A stretch of DNA of 62,957 nt, counting the filler, from Octopus bimaculoides (taxonomy: Eukaryota), in the NCBI RefSeq assembly GCF_001194135.2. It is 4 parts of 3 records of this genome, joined end to end, with 100 filler letters (N's around TTAATTAATTAA, not from the genome) between each part and the next. Parts side by side here need not be neighbours in the genome. Positions count along the whole stretch, not along the records: positions 5,142 to 29,403 come from NC_069004.1; 3 more parts are not named here. One strand, given 5' to 3'. How positions within the stretch are numbered: position 1 is the first letter of the stretch; the number at the start of each line of letters is the position of its first letter. Below, in pieces: positions 12,301 through 25,065 of the stretch. Both the position numbers and the translations under genes were made by a program. The notes under the pieces were generated by a model. It saw only the letters and a list, made by a program, of their open reading frames with translations. It made no database searches and was not told the DNA's origin.

Positions 12301-12599
12301 AGAGATACTGAAAAAATACAGAAACTCAATTACTACTGACTAAATTTAAAAGTTGTATTCCACAGAAACATTTAAGGTTTATTTAAACAAACAAACAAAC
12401 AAAAATTGGAATTTGAAGAATTTTATTAACGCAAGCAGGAAATAGTTGTATAGAGTGTTAATTGCCCTGAAATGATAATTTCTTTTTTTTTGTTGTTGTT
12501 CGTCTAAACATTGCTGCTCCTCTTACAGTGTACAATGAGCAGTTCTTTGCTGGGTTTGTGGGTGTGTATATGTGTGGGTGTGTGCATGTGAGCATCATT

Positions 12600-13500
12600 A
12601 CAATCGTTTGGTCAAGCATGGCATTGTCCATCTTGGTCCTGCGTTAGTTAAAGGAGGTCTTTGGTGAGGCATCCTGTATCTCGTATGCTGCTTCCGGATG
12701 ACTTGCTCAAGTACGGCCATGCTTTGTAATCCATAGCAGCTGGTCAATTGCCAGCTCTTGTTTAGCTCAGGGGTTTTCAAACTGTGGTCCGCGGACCACA
12801 GGGGGTCCGCAAGGACAAGACAGGGGGTCCGTAGACAGCAAATACTTTTTATGGGCAATTTGATTTTATATATGTTTTTTAATCGAAATCTTTTAATTGA
12901 CAATAAACCTATTTTGTTAAATACAGTTAAAATAATTAAATGTAAAAATATGTTATTTTAAGCAAATATTTATGTATAAATTTCATAAGCGTTTATAAGG
13001 GGGTCCCTAAGGTAAAGCCTGAAATATAAAGGGGTCCGCAAGTAAAAAAGTTTGAAAACTCCTGGTTTAGCTCACCAGTAATGTCTCCAAAAATGCAAGA
13101 GCCTTTCTCTTGTAATTGTGGAAATGGGCAGGAGATCTCCATCCAGCTGTTTCTTGGTGGGATGAGGGATGAGTCCTCCAAGTTGGGTTTAAGAAAAAAA
13201 ATCATACAGATGCTGTATAAAGAATAAAGATTATTTTTTATATAATATATTTTATAACTGTGCTCATGCGCTTGCAATCTTCCTTGAAAACATGTCTGGC
13301 CATAGTGGTGTATGTGCTTGGAGGACCAGGTGTGGAGGGATATTATTTTGCTTGAAAACAGTTGAAGGTTGGTCTCGGGACAAAGAACACACATGGGACA
13401 GTTCTCATTGTAGTTCTGATGTGTCTAAAGCCCAAAGGCTTTAATTCTATGGGCGCTGCTCCTCTAGCTGAACTAATGTTGGTCATATTATGGTGCCAAC
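12600..13500 (-). mobile_element. Decayed RTE-like LINE ORF C-terminus, interrupted by a MITE
   Basis: Removing the MITE, minus strand reads HPTKKQLDGDLLPISTITRERLLHFWRHYW*AKQELAIDQLLWITKHG, like the RTE post-RT region. Confidence 0.65.
12768..13064. mobile_element. hAT/Charlie-type MITE, copy 1 (297 bp)
   Basis: TIRs caggggttttcaaac / gtttgaaaactcctg; perfect 8-bp TSD gtttagct at 12760-12767 and 13065-13072. Confidence 0.95.
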
Positions 13501-14099
13501 AACTTCAGATTCTTTACAGCTGCAACTCTTGAATGCCACACGATCCACACATCCCATGTCTTGCACAATCTTTACCTGACACCGAATTACATAACATGAA
13601 CAATCAGGTGTGGCTGTGTGGTTAAGAAGCTTACTTACCAACCACATGGTCTCAGGTTCAATCCTGCTCATTGGTAGTACCTTGGGCAAGTGTCTTCTAC
13701 AATAGCCCCAGCCTAACCACACATGCACGTGCTCACATATACGTATACACACATAAATGTTTGAGAGGGGTTCCAACTAGATGAAATCTCCAGGTGGTTT
13801 AAATGCAGAAGTCTCTGCTATCCAGGTGGCTAAAAAGTGTCTGGAGAAGGGCACTCAGGAATCATGACTTGGATGTGGTCCAGCCTGGCCCGGCCCGGCC
13901 CCCTTAGAGTGTAAGAAATTAAGGGCCAAAACAGTTGCCTTGGGGTGGGTTTCTCCTCTGGAAACCTGTTGATCGGCTCCCAAGAGAGTTTCTTACCACT
14001 GTAGAATTTGAACTCGGAACACAACTGTTACAAAAAAGCTACTTTGTGTGTGTGATTTTATTAGGATAAAAACAAAGTTGGATCTTGGCATAGTTTGAA

Positions 14100-15850
14100 T
14101 TCAGAACTCAAAGATATTTGACGTCTGGCACCGTTTCTGTTTGTTCCAACACGTTTTCCCTTCTACACTTTCATATATTGACACCTGCTGCTATAGATTA
14201 TCCATTCATCTCAAACCAATTCTCTTATATCTACCTTCTTGCCGCCGCCTCCTCCTCCTCTTATTATTATTATTATAGTCCCTCCGCCTCCCTTCCATTA
14301 TCTAGTATTTCCTGTTGGAGTCTGTTCCAGCCAGTTTTATAAATCTTTATTCATTCAATATTTCTCCCACTCTCTTCGTCTCTTTCTTACTGCTTCTCTC
14401 TCTCTCGCTCGGTTACACACACACACACACACGCACTCATTTGCTTTCTTTCTGTCTCGCTCTCTCTCAGACTTGCCCGTTCCTCCTTTTTCTCACGTGT
14501 TTACATCCTTCTCTCACGTGTTTACTCCCTCTCTCGCATGTTTACTCCCTCTCTCGCGTGTTTACTCCCTTTCTCGCGTGTTTGCTCTCTCCCTCCCTCT
14601 CTCTCTCTCTCTCTCTCCCTCCCTCTCTCGCCTGTTTACGCTTTCTCTCGTTTCTTCTTCACATATCTACTTCGTCTTTATTCACCGTTGACTTTCCCTC
14701 TCACTCTCTCTAACCTCCTCCTCCTCCTCCTCTTTCACTCGCTCCCTTCCTCCCCTCCATCTCCATGTTGCGCGCGTCTCTTCACATATACGTNNNNNNN
14801 NNNNNNNNNNNNNNNNNNNNNNNNNNNNNNNNNNNNNNNNNNNNNNNNNNNNNNNNNNNNNNNNNNNNNNNNNNNNNNNNNNNNNNNNNNNNNNNNNNNN
14901 NNNNNNNNNNNNNNNNNNNNNNNNNNNNNNNNNNNNNNNNNNNNNNNNNNNNNNNNNNNNNNNNNNNNNNNNNNNNNNNNNNNNNNNNNNNNNNNNNNNN
15001 NNNNNNNNNNNNNNNNNNNNNNNNNNNNNNNNNNNNNNNNNNNNNNNNNNNNNNNNNNNNNNNNNNNNNNNNNNNNNNNNNNNNNNNNNNNNNNNNNNNN
15101 NNNNNNNNNNNNNNNNNNNNNNNNNNNNNNNNNNNNNNNNNNNNNNNNNNNNNNNNNNNNNNNNNNNNNNNNNNNNNNNNNNNNNNNNNNNNNNNNNNNN
15201 NNNNNNNNNNNNNNNNNNNNNNNNNNNNNNNNNNNNNNNNNNNNNNNNNNNNNNNNNNNNNNNNNNNNNNNNNNNNNNNNNNNNNNNNNNNNNNNNNNNN
15301 NNNNNNNNNNNNNNNNNNNNNNNNNNNNNNNNNNNNNNNNNNNNNNNNNNNNGGGATTTAGTCTTAGTTGCTATTTCTAGCAGATAAAATGACCGCTTCG
15401 AGGCGCCCCTCACTGGCTTGTGTGTGTGTGTGTGTGTGTGTGTGTGGCTTGGGTCAGCCTGATTAAGTAGGGCCCATGATTAAAAGCGTCCTGATTAACA
15501 GCATCCCGTTTTTAGGATATATCCAAGATTACTTTATCCTGAAGGAGCCATAGATTATTCCTGTTTCAAGACAGTGACGGTGTGATTTGAGAGGGATTTG
15601 GCTGCTATTTCTTGAAAATGGAGCGACCACGAAGAGGCTCGTTTCTATGGTTTGTGCGCGCGCGCGCTTCATGTCGAAAGTCCGAAGATGTGTCCGGCCC
15701 TGGAGTGTGGTGTGGTCTGCATTGTTTCTTGTATCTTGTATTTGCTCGACTGTTTGTTTATGTGGTCCAGCCTGTTGCTAATAGCAGCCACATAAATGGC
15801 TTCTTTGGCTTCTATTACGTGTGTGTGTGTGTGTGTGTGTGTCACACTTC
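14100..15850. promoter_or_regulatory. CpG-retaining island, candidate promoter / first exon (centre hidden by a 558-bp N gap)
   Basis: Many CpGs (gccgccgcc, ctcgcgtg, gcgcgcgcgcgc, cgaccacga) inside otherwise CpG-poor DNA; ATG at 15618 in gaaaATGG context. Confidence 0.45.
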
Positions 15851-16220
15851 CTCTCTTGGATCTGTCTGTGTGTGTATTGTTTGACTTTATTTTACTCTTT
15901 TATCGATCCTAGGGAGATGAAAGGCTGAGAAGTCCGGGGTCGATGAAATGAAAGTATCAGTCTACTACTGAAGCCGATGCAATCAATTAACCCACCCTAC
16001 ACACACTTCTGAATTGCTGGTCTTGTCTTAATTAGAAGCATTATTATTATTGTTATTATTATTATTATTATTATTATTTGTTTGGCTTTTGCTTTCTACT
16101 TGTACAAGTTGACTCCAAGTCTCTTCCAGGGACCCCAAGAGACAACAAGTTAGAAGTTCAAGTCAGTGTTATGACTAGGGTGCCATATTTATTGGTTTTG
16201 CACAGAGTACTGTTCTAGAG

Positions 16221-16498
16221 CAGGGGTTTTCAAACTGTGGTCCGCAAGGACAAGACAGGGGGTCTGTGGACAGCAAATACTTTTTATGGGCAATTTGATT
16301 TTATATGTTTTTTAATCGAAATCTTTTAATTGACAATAAACCTATTTGTTAAATACTGTTAAATAAATAAATGCAAAAATATGTTATTTTAAGCAAATAT
16401 TTATGTATAAATTTCATAAGCGTTTATAAGGGGGTCGTCCCTAAGGTAAAGCCTGAAATATAAAGGGGTCCGCAAGTCAAAAAGTTTGAAAACCCCTG
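16221..16498. mobile_element. hAT/Charlie-type MITE, copy 2 (278 bp)
   Basis: Same TIRs and body as 12768-13064; perfect TSD ttctagag at 16213-16220 and 16499-16506. Confidence 0.95.
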
Positions 16499-16506
16499 TT
16501 CTAGAG

Positions 16507-16814
16507 AATGTCTGTCAAAACAGAAGAAAATTAGAACTTTTGTTTTAAAAGTAATTTGGTGAGAAGACCGATAGTGTGGCCTTAAGAGGACAGTAAAAGG
16601 TGTTTGCTATTTCGTACATTTAAAAGTACTTTTAACGATGTTCACAAATTAAAATGTTTTTGGAATTTGGTTTGATACTGTGGTATATATGTATTATATA
16701 TGTAATAATTAAATTATTTGTTATGCACTTTGGTATGCACGTGGTCCCTTAGTCTGTGGAAAAATTGTCTTGCATGAAACAAGTTCATAGTGCAGAAATG
16801 GTTGGTGACCACTG
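16507..16814 (+). mobile_element. Right end of an older Charlie-like element hosting MITE copy 2
   Basis: Ends gcagaaatggttggtgaccactg, resembling Charlie/MER1-type termini; left end not found. Confidence 0.45.
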
Positions 16815-18169
16815 CCATGCAGGACTCCATCAGTCAGCCAGTCCTAAAACACTTGATATCACAAATACCATACTAACATTGTTTACATTCATTTTGAAGG
16901 AAGTCAGGAATTCTCTGATGTAAGGGAAAAAAGAACTTTAATCCCTTATTCTGTCCTTCATTTCTGTTCTGTAACAGAATCATTAAAGGACTTTTGACTT
17001 TGGAAATTATCAATGGAGTGTTCTAAAGAAACGGAAGGACATTATGTCATGTAATGGTCATAATACATTTGCTCATAGTCCTCCTCATTGACAGCCTGCC
17101 TAGGGTTTAACAACCACTTGTTTCATCAGATTTCAATAGGAGGAATGCAGGGTGAAGTGAATCTCTGCCAAATTTGAACTCTGCTTGATCAAATCGAAGG
17201 TCTTTGAGCAGTTCCCAGTTCATCAGGAACTGGCTTTCGACCTGCTTCCATACCTTAGAAAACCTCTCATACTGCAGTACTTTTGAAGATTAACCTGTCT
17301 CAAGGCTAAAAGTGATATACATTTTCCCAGTTAGTGTGTCTAGGTTTTATATTGTTACTTTTCCTGCCAGCTTGTATTATAGATTCATCAGACTTACAAC
17401 AAATCTATTTTCTGCTCCTAATCCAACAGAATCTCAGGCTTTTTTTCTCTTCCTTTTTCCTCTTTTTCTTTCTTGCTTTTTTTATTTATCTCTAGTAAAC
17501 ATCTCCAGCTGATCACTAATTAATCTCAGTAATTCCTCAGAGATTAAAAAAAACATCTATTCCTGTTCTTCCTGATCAGATGACCCAAACTCTCTGGAGC
17601 CTTTAATTATCTCAGAAAACGATAAATGCTTTTGTTTGTTTGTTGGTTTGTTTATATAATTTTCATATTCATTGGTAGGTGGAGGGAGCACTATCAGATA
17701 GAATTAGGAATGTCATTTTACATTGTGTCCAGCTTTGTCCGNNNNNNNNNNNNNNNNNNNNNNNNNNNNNNNNNNNNNNNNNNNNNNNNNNNNNNNNNNN
17801 NNNNNNNNNNNNNNNNNNNNNNNNNNNNNNNNNNNNNNNNNNNNNNNNNNNNNNNNNNNNNNNNNNNNNNNNNNNNNNNNNNNNNNNNNNNNNNNNNNNN
17901 NNNNNNNNNNNNNNNNNNNNNNNNNNNNNNNNNNNNNNNNNNNNNNNNNNNNNNNNNNNNNNNNNNNNNNNNNNNACATGGACAAAAGGCTGCTGAGTTC
18001 AAATTCTGCTGGGGTTGACCTTATCTTTTACTCTTTTGGGGTTGATGAAATAAGCTCCATTTGAGCCCTGTGGAATGCAGCAACGAGCAAAATATTGCTA
18101 AGCATTTTGTCTGGTGTGCTAACGATTCTGCCAGCTCGCCACCTTAATAATGATAATAATAATAATAAT

Positions 18170-18525
18170 AATCTGATGACAACGTTTCTCTAAAAGAAAT
18201 GAAGAAACTTTCAAAATACAAAGACTCTGGAAATAGAAGTAACTCGAATGTGGAGCCTAAAAACAGAAACAATTCCTATCATTGGAGGCGCATTAGGTGT
18301 GATAAAAGAAATATCCAGACAAATACATGACAAAAACACCAGGACTAACAAATATATATAAAAATGGCACTTCTAGGCACCACACACATCCTATGTAAAA
18401 TACTTTCAATACAGTGAAAGTAAGAGCATCACAACAAACCACAGCACATACCCAAGGCACATAGAGCTGCGCTCGGTAGTGCAGTGAAAGCACGTGATAG
18501 AAATAAGACTACTGAATAATAATAA
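18170..18525 (+). mobile_element. 3' fragment of a second R4/Dong-like subfamily
   Basis: Reads DNVSLKEMKKLSKY..LEIEVTRMWSLKTETIPII.GALG; flanked on both sides by (AAT)n; matches 62345-62957 in reverse. Confidence 0.85.
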
Positions 18526-18542
18526 TAATAATAATAATAATT

Positions 18543-18985
18543 CTGGGTTTAGCCCACAGATAGCAATTTTGAGGTGAGAGGGTTAGTTGGTGACATCAAC
18601 CCCAGTACATGACTGGTACTTATTTCATTGACCCTGAAGAACGAGAGGCAAAGTTGGTCTCTGTGGAATTTGAACTTGGGACATGAAGACAGCTTGAATG
18701 CCAAGAAGCATTTTGTCTGGCAATGTTAACAATTCCCGTGGCTTGCCGGCTTCCATAATGGTAACAATGGTTTCCAATCTAGGCGCATGGCCAACAATTT
18801 TGAGGGGAGGGAGGGGTACCATCAACATCAGTGCTCAACTGCTACTTTATTTTATTGACCCCTAAACAAGGGGAAGGGGAAGTTGACCTTGGCAGGATTT
18901 GAACTCCAGAACCAACAGAGCTGGATCAAATACAGCAAGGCATTTCTTCCGATGCTCTGACGATTCTGCCAGCTTGTTGCCTTAA
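18543..18985 (-). mobile_element. Two tandem family A SINEs
   Basis: Reverse-complement motifs gtacttatttcattgaccc..aaagttg..aatttgaact twice. Confidence 0.75.
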
Positions 18986-18994
18986 TAATTCTTT

Positions 18995-19390
18995 TATTCT
19001 TTGACTTGTTTCAGTCATTTGACTGTGGCCATGCTGGAGCACCACCTTGAAGGGTTTTAGTTGAACAAACCGACCCCAGGACTTATAATTTTTTTTTTCT
19101 TTTTTTCTTTTTAAAGCTTGGTACTTGTTCCATCAGTCTCTTTTTCCGAACTACTAAGTTACGGGGTTGCAGGGATGTAAACACACCAACACCGGTTGTC
19201 AAGCAGTGATGGGGTGACACACACACACACACACACGACAGGCTTCTTTCAGTTTCCATCTACCAAATCCACTCACAAGGCTTTGGTTGGCCCAAGGTTA
19301 TAGTAGAAGGCACTTGCCCAAGGTGCCATGCAGTGGGATTGAACCCTGTGGTTGGGAGGCAAGCTTCTTACCACACAGCCATGCCTGTGC
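18995..19390 (-). mobile_element. SINE family B, full length
   Basis: ttgacttgtttcagtcatttgactgtggccatgctggagcacc ... cttaccacacagccatgcctgtgcc. Confidence 0.9.
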
Positions 19391-19483
19391 CTATTATTAA
19401 CAACAACAACAATGATTTCAAATTTTTGCCCAAGGCCAGCAATTTCGAGGTGGGAGTAAATCAATTACTTTGACACCAGTGCC

Positions 19484-19524
<41 letters not shown>

Positions 19525-20424
19525 CTGTTGTTTAACCCCAGGTCAGCTGTGGTGTAGTAGACATATAATCAAAGGCATTCCAGCCATGACCATCCTGTTT
19601 GATTTATGCTTTGCTTCACATAACTGGACCTTCCTTCCACAATGTCCTTTTATTCAAGAGGAATGGCTGTGATTTAAAAAGAGATTTAATTCCTATTTCT
19701 ACCAGGTGGAGCTGCTGCATTTGGCTGTGGTTGCTGTGGCAATTCAACTGGGCTGTTATTCTGGCTGCTGCTACATCTAAAACAGAACAGCAGCGTCTGT
19801 GTGTGTGTGTGTGTGTGTGTGCTGTGGTAGCAATCACAGCTGACTAGCAGCAGCCATTGTCAGCTTCTTGTTTGTGTTGGTGGTGGTGGTCGTCGGGGGG
19901 GGGGGGAATCGGAAAGCAGGGAGAGAGAATGAATATCAGTTAGTGGCTAATGTTTGTGTTTATCTTCACAACATAGTTTATCAGTGTTTTTTGTTTTTTA
20001 ATCTCAATTACCTTAAATAGGTTAGCACTAGCAGGAACTTAACTGCTGTTTTTTCATGCAGATGTTGTCCTCGAATAATAATAATAACAACTGTAGAATA
20101 TTTTCCACTTTTTCTACAATGACAGATGTACCTTCTCATACATTTACTCGGTAACTCATGTCATTACTTGTGCAAGTACAGTGGTGAAGTCTTGGCTTCA
20201 CTGAAGAGGACTAACAAGGCTGAAACATGTCTAGCATTGCACCACATATTTTGTAAAAGAATCAAAAGAATATTATTCATTAACTTAACGTATTTTTCGC
20301 CCATATTTGTTCAAGCAAGTAGTTCTCCTCTCTCCTTCTGTTCCACTAATTTTCTTTTTATTTTCTTTCAAGTGAATTTTTCTGTTTTAAAACAGTATTT
20401 GAGTCTTCATGTTTTAAAGAAGGA

Positions 20425-20760
20425 AGGTATGAGTTAACGATGTCATGAATTAGCCTTTCTAGAATTTTCGAAGGTGTGCATAGAAGGGAGACAGGTCTCT
20501 CTGGTGTCACTAAGGTTTTTGTTGAGCTTTAGAATTGGTTTACCCAGATTCTAGACATTTCACTGTGCTGCTGTGAGTCGTTTCTTTGTGTTGTGATTCA
20601 TTTATAACTGGGAGTTTGAAATGTATGCTTGAGCCTTTTTCCTTGGTCCTGGGAACTTTTAGATTTCTCTTTAGGTTTAGGGAAAGGTTCAAGATCACGG
20701 CGTGGTGGACATAGTTTTTGCTTCCTGTTTTTCTGTGCTTTTATCTTTTTATGACTTTTT
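20425..20760 (-). mobile_element. Decayed LINE RT fragment (Jockey/I/CR1-like)
   Basis: Minus strand ERPVSLLCTPSKILERLIHDIV matches the RT N-terminal YRPISLL..K..E motif. Confidence 0.6.
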
Positions 20761-23459
20761 CTTTTTTGTTTTTAATTTTCATTAAAGAAATATTTCATTA
20801 AAGTATTTTCTGCTGTTGCAATCTTCTCACGTGAAACTTTTTATCATCATATGGGGGAGTGGGATGTGACTATTATTATTATTATTATTGATACTAATTA
20901 CCCTAGATAGTGTTTTGGTTTGTGTTTGTGTCAGATGTTTGCTTGTATTTTTTTTTTGTCTTTGTCTTTGTTGTTGGTGGATCATGTATGTGCTAATCTA
21001 TTTCTGGTTTAACCAGGAATTGTGGGATATTTTTCACGGTGTGTTTATAATTATTTTGTTGGCTGTGTGTACTGCAGTGAACGTACGTGACTTAATTGTT
21101 TAAGTGTTGAGATCACAAAGTCATGGGTTTGTTTTCTGTATTGGGCAAAGGTGCATTGCATCCTTGAGCAAGGTGCTTCATCTCACATGGCTCCAATTTC
21201 CTTGGCTAAAAATAAGTACCAGCTGATTGCTGGTTCAACTTTTTGTCCGTCCATCTGTCAAATCCTTGGTGTTCTGCTTGGTAAAAAAGGACAGGTGGGC
21301 TGATTGTGTCTATGTCTGCCTGCAATCACATAATTAGTGAAAAACAATTAGTGAAACAATCAGCAAAAACACAATACATGGTACCTGTGGCTTTTATATA
21401 CCACAGTGCCTCTGTGGTTGATTGTGGTAATGTTGAATGTATATATAGTGGCATCTATATTGGTGATTGTTGCATTGAATTCTGAAAACTTTGGTTCTAA
21501 GTTCCTTGGTGGAACTCCATCCATTACTCCTTTTCAAAGTTGGTAAAAGTATTTTTGTAACATGTATTGGTGTGTTTTGAAAATGATTAATAACTGGTCC
21601 AAAGAAATTTGCCAATGATTGCCAAATGGCTGTAGTAAGGTAGGTGTCTAGTATAGAATACTTTCTATTGGTTCAAGGAAATTTCTCCATAAACATTTTT
21701 ACCATTGGAAAATTTGTGGTTAAAAAAAGAATTGAAAAGAAAATTGACGAAAAAAATTAGCTGTTTTCTTAAAATGGCAACTTCATCAACTAACCTGCTA
21801 ATTAGAGAAAGGTAATTTCTTTATAACGAGTTATTTAATTTACAGTCTGCTTGTGTGCCTCCTTTATGGTGAAATTTCTTATGGCAAATTTTCCCGCTGC
21901 AAAAATGTTTGCATCAGATTTTCTGGAGAAAGTTGTAGTTGATCTGGTTTTAAGATTTAAAGGGAGTTCACTCTGAATGTTATTGTTGCCTCTTTTGTTG
22001 TCTGTAGTATTTGAAATCCAGGATGTATTGAGTGCATTAAATCTCTCTCAATGATGGTGTTTGTGGATGTGTTTATAGTGCTGTAGTTGGACTGTGTAAT
22101 CTAGTGGGACAGTTGTAGTGGATATGTACCTGTAACTTTTTTTTTTTTGTCAGTCCTGCCAGTTAGGACCGCCTGACCAGTAAAGGTCATTGGTGTTGTT
22201 GCCTTCTTTTCACTTTTGTTGCTCTGAATTCATTAAGAAAAGAAAACCCGTCTAAATTAAATTTATTCTTTTTCCATCTTTCTTCCCTATCTGACAAAAA
22301 CCCCTCAATATAAAAGAACATGTTTAGCCTTACTTGAACTTGTGACCTTTTGCCTTTACAAGGGATCTCTTCTAGTCCTGCCTCTGTTCTCACACCCTCA
22401 GCACTCAATCACCGTATTTGAACTTCGACATTTTAGGGAAAACATAACCTTTCCCAAACCCTACTCTCCCTTACTTTAAAGGATATTTGGTTGCATGNNN
22501 NNNNNNNNNNNNNNNNNNNNNNNNNNNNNNNNNNNNNNNNNNNNNNNNNNNGGGTGGGAGTGGATGATTGAGGTAGAGTGAAAGGGTTCAATTAATGAAT
22601 TCCCTCCTCCTCCTTTGGAATTGTTAATACAGAGAAGCATTGTTTAGAACTAGGTACATTTGAACCAATTATCCCCAGGATGCATCTTAGGCATGTTATC
22701 TCATTGTGTATTTGCACTTATTATCCCAATAATACATACAATATCAATGTTATCTTGAGTACACAAATCATTGTCACCAATGGTGGTGGTGGTGGTGGTG
22801 GTGATAATGGGAGAATCTAGTATTTTCAACATTCCAAGATAATCACTTCACTCTTCCCTTCTCCCTCTCTCTCTCTCCTCTCTCTCTCTCCTCTCTCTGT
22901 CCTCTTCTCTCTCTCTCTCCTCCTCTCTCTGTCCCTTTCTCTCTCTGTCCCCTTCTCTCTGTGTCCCCTTCTCTCTGTCCCTCCTTTCTCTTCCTCTTTC
23001 TCTGTCCCTCCTTCCTCTCTCTCAGAAGGCTCTGCCAGGTTCCATGTCTGCTTTGGCATGGTTTCTACTGCTGGATGCCTTTCCTAATGCCAACCACTTA
23101 AAAGTGTTCTGGGTGCCTTTTATGTGGCACCAGCACCAGTGAGGCAACCAAGTACCCTCAAGATAAGACCCCCCTCAGCTTAGCAGAGTATAGACTCAAG
23201 AAAGAAACTATGATGGGGAGAGAGAGAGAGAGAGAGAGCGAGTGAGTGAGTGAGTGAGTGGCCTATGTGATGTCCAGCTACAATGGGAATATGAGAGAGA
23301 GTAGGAAATGCACTGAGTGAAAATAATGTGAGGGATGATTAGGGGTAGGGGAATGAGTTGCATGCTGTGGATGTCAGGTCAGTGTAGGGGAAAGAGAAGA
23401 AAATAGAAGACAAAATTATGGGAGGGGAAAGCTTGACAGAACCTCAATTCTGCTAGGAT

Positions 23460-23700
23460 GGGCAGGTCTTATCAAACACAGCATCATAAGACCACCCAGC
23501 TCGGTCCTCCCGTCATCTCCTCTGAGGAGATCGACATCTTGAGGTTGGTCATTGCCACTCCATCCCATATCTTCCTAGGTTGACTTCTTCCACATGTTTC
23601 TTCCATTTTTAGACATTTGCCACTTGTTTATATGGCTGTCCTCATCCTTCTGCATCACATGACCATTACAGCACAATCTTCTTTTCTGTTGAGCACATTG
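23460..23700 (-). mobile_element. RTE-like LINE 3' end
   Basis: Minus strand RLCCNGHVMQKDEDS resembles RLRWYGHVMRMDE, followed by a degenerate GRPRKTW region. Confidence 0.6.
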
Positions 23701-23715
23701 CACACCCACCAGATC

Positions 23716-23761
<46 letters not shown>

Positions 23762-23959
23762 CTCTCTCTCTGGCATAGTTATGTTGATAACCTGTTGTTA
23801 GAATTCAAAATACATAATCCTTCAGACTTAGTGTTAGGCAAGTACAGTTGATTACATAATTCCTATTCTCTTGTCATTCCATATATGTGTGTGTGTGTGT
23901 GTGTGTATGATAGTTGTTGAAACTGATACACATGCTTGTGTGGATATCATGTGTGTTTG

Positions 23960-24330
23960 TGTATGTAGGTCAATTTGTGTAACGACTTTCCCCAGGCTGG
24001 TTATTGAAGAGTTTTAGAGATTTTTTTCCAATGTTGCTAAGTGTGAAATGGAGAAGCAGTTTTGAGTGGTTATTCAGATGAACCTCACAGCTTGAAATGT
24101 TTTATTTCCTGGATATTGTCAAAGACCGGGATCACTATGATGGTCCAATGACTCTTTGGCTTATGGAACGGAGGAAAATAGCAGAAGGGGGTTAGGTGGT
24201 GTTGGTCGATTTTGTGGGGGGGGAGGGGTGAGAATAGCAGTTTTTCCTTTTCTTCTTCACCACTCACAGGATTGCGAACACCATCAGCTTTGTTGTTGTC
24301 ATTACTGTTGAGTTTGATTCCAGGCAGTGA

Positions 24331-24335
<5 letters not shown>
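23960..24335 (-). mobile_element. Highly decayed LINE RT fragment
   Basis: Minus strand WTIIVIPV..NCFSISHLATLEKNL resembles W..A.I.P..NYRPISLL.TL.K. Confidence 0.4.
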
Positions 24336-24374
<39 letters not shown>

Positions 24375-24429
24375 TTGAAAAATACCTTAGGAATGAGAAC
24401 CCAGGTTCAAAATTTCCCCAAGAAATTGA

Positions 24430-25065
24430 TAGCATTTGAACTCAGAATGTAACGCATTTTGTGTGGCATGCTAATAATTCTGCCAGCTCACTGCTTTACT
24501 AATAATAATAATAATAATAATAATAATCCTTTCTATTCTAGGCACAAGGGCTGAAATTTGGTGAGAGGGGGCCCAGTTGATTAGATCGATCCCCAGTATG
24601 CAACTGGTACTTAATTTATTGACCCCGAAAGGATGAAAGACAAAGTCGACTTCGGTGGAATTTGAACCCGGAATGTAAAGACAGACAAGATACTGCTAAG
24701 CATTTTGCCCAACATGCTAATGATTCTGCCAGCTCGCTACCCTTATAATAATCCTTTCTACTGAAGGCACAAGGCTTGAAATTTGGGGGAGTGAGATAGT
24801 TGATTACATTGACCCCAGTACTCTACTGGTACTTATTTAACTGACCCCGAAAGGATGAAAGGTAAAGCTGACCTCGGCGAAATTTGAACTCAGAACGAGA
24901 AGACAGACGAAATACTGCTAAACATTTTGCCCGGCTTGCTAACAGTTCTGCCAGCTCGCTGCCTTAATAATAATAACAACAACAACAACAAAGGTGGTAG
25001 ACTGGCAGAATTGTTAGCATGTTTGACAAAACACTTCACACCATCTTTTCTGATTCTATCTTTCA
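24430..25065 (-). mobile_element. Cluster of family A SINEs (three minus-strand, plus one plus-strand head)
   Basis: Repeated ctggtacttaatttattgaccccgaaaggatgaaag..aatttgaac..ttctgccagctc, separated by (AAT)n. Confidence 0.85.

Noticed and set aside
15650-15668. (CG)n next to (TG)n, also at ~53400: Z-DNA candidates
   Set aside because: Short, and expected in a genome this rich in dinucleotide repeats; no independent evidence of function.
22850-23015. Polypyrimidine (CT-rich) tract, and G-rich runs at ~8685 and ~28515 (H-DNA/G4 candidates)
   Set aside because: Ordinary low-complexity sequence with no distinguishing context.
24088-24330. Plus-strand exon LEMFYFLDIVKDRDHYDGPMTLW and the strong-looking acceptor at ~24269
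   Set aside because: The opposite strand is better explained as a decayed LINE RT fragment.
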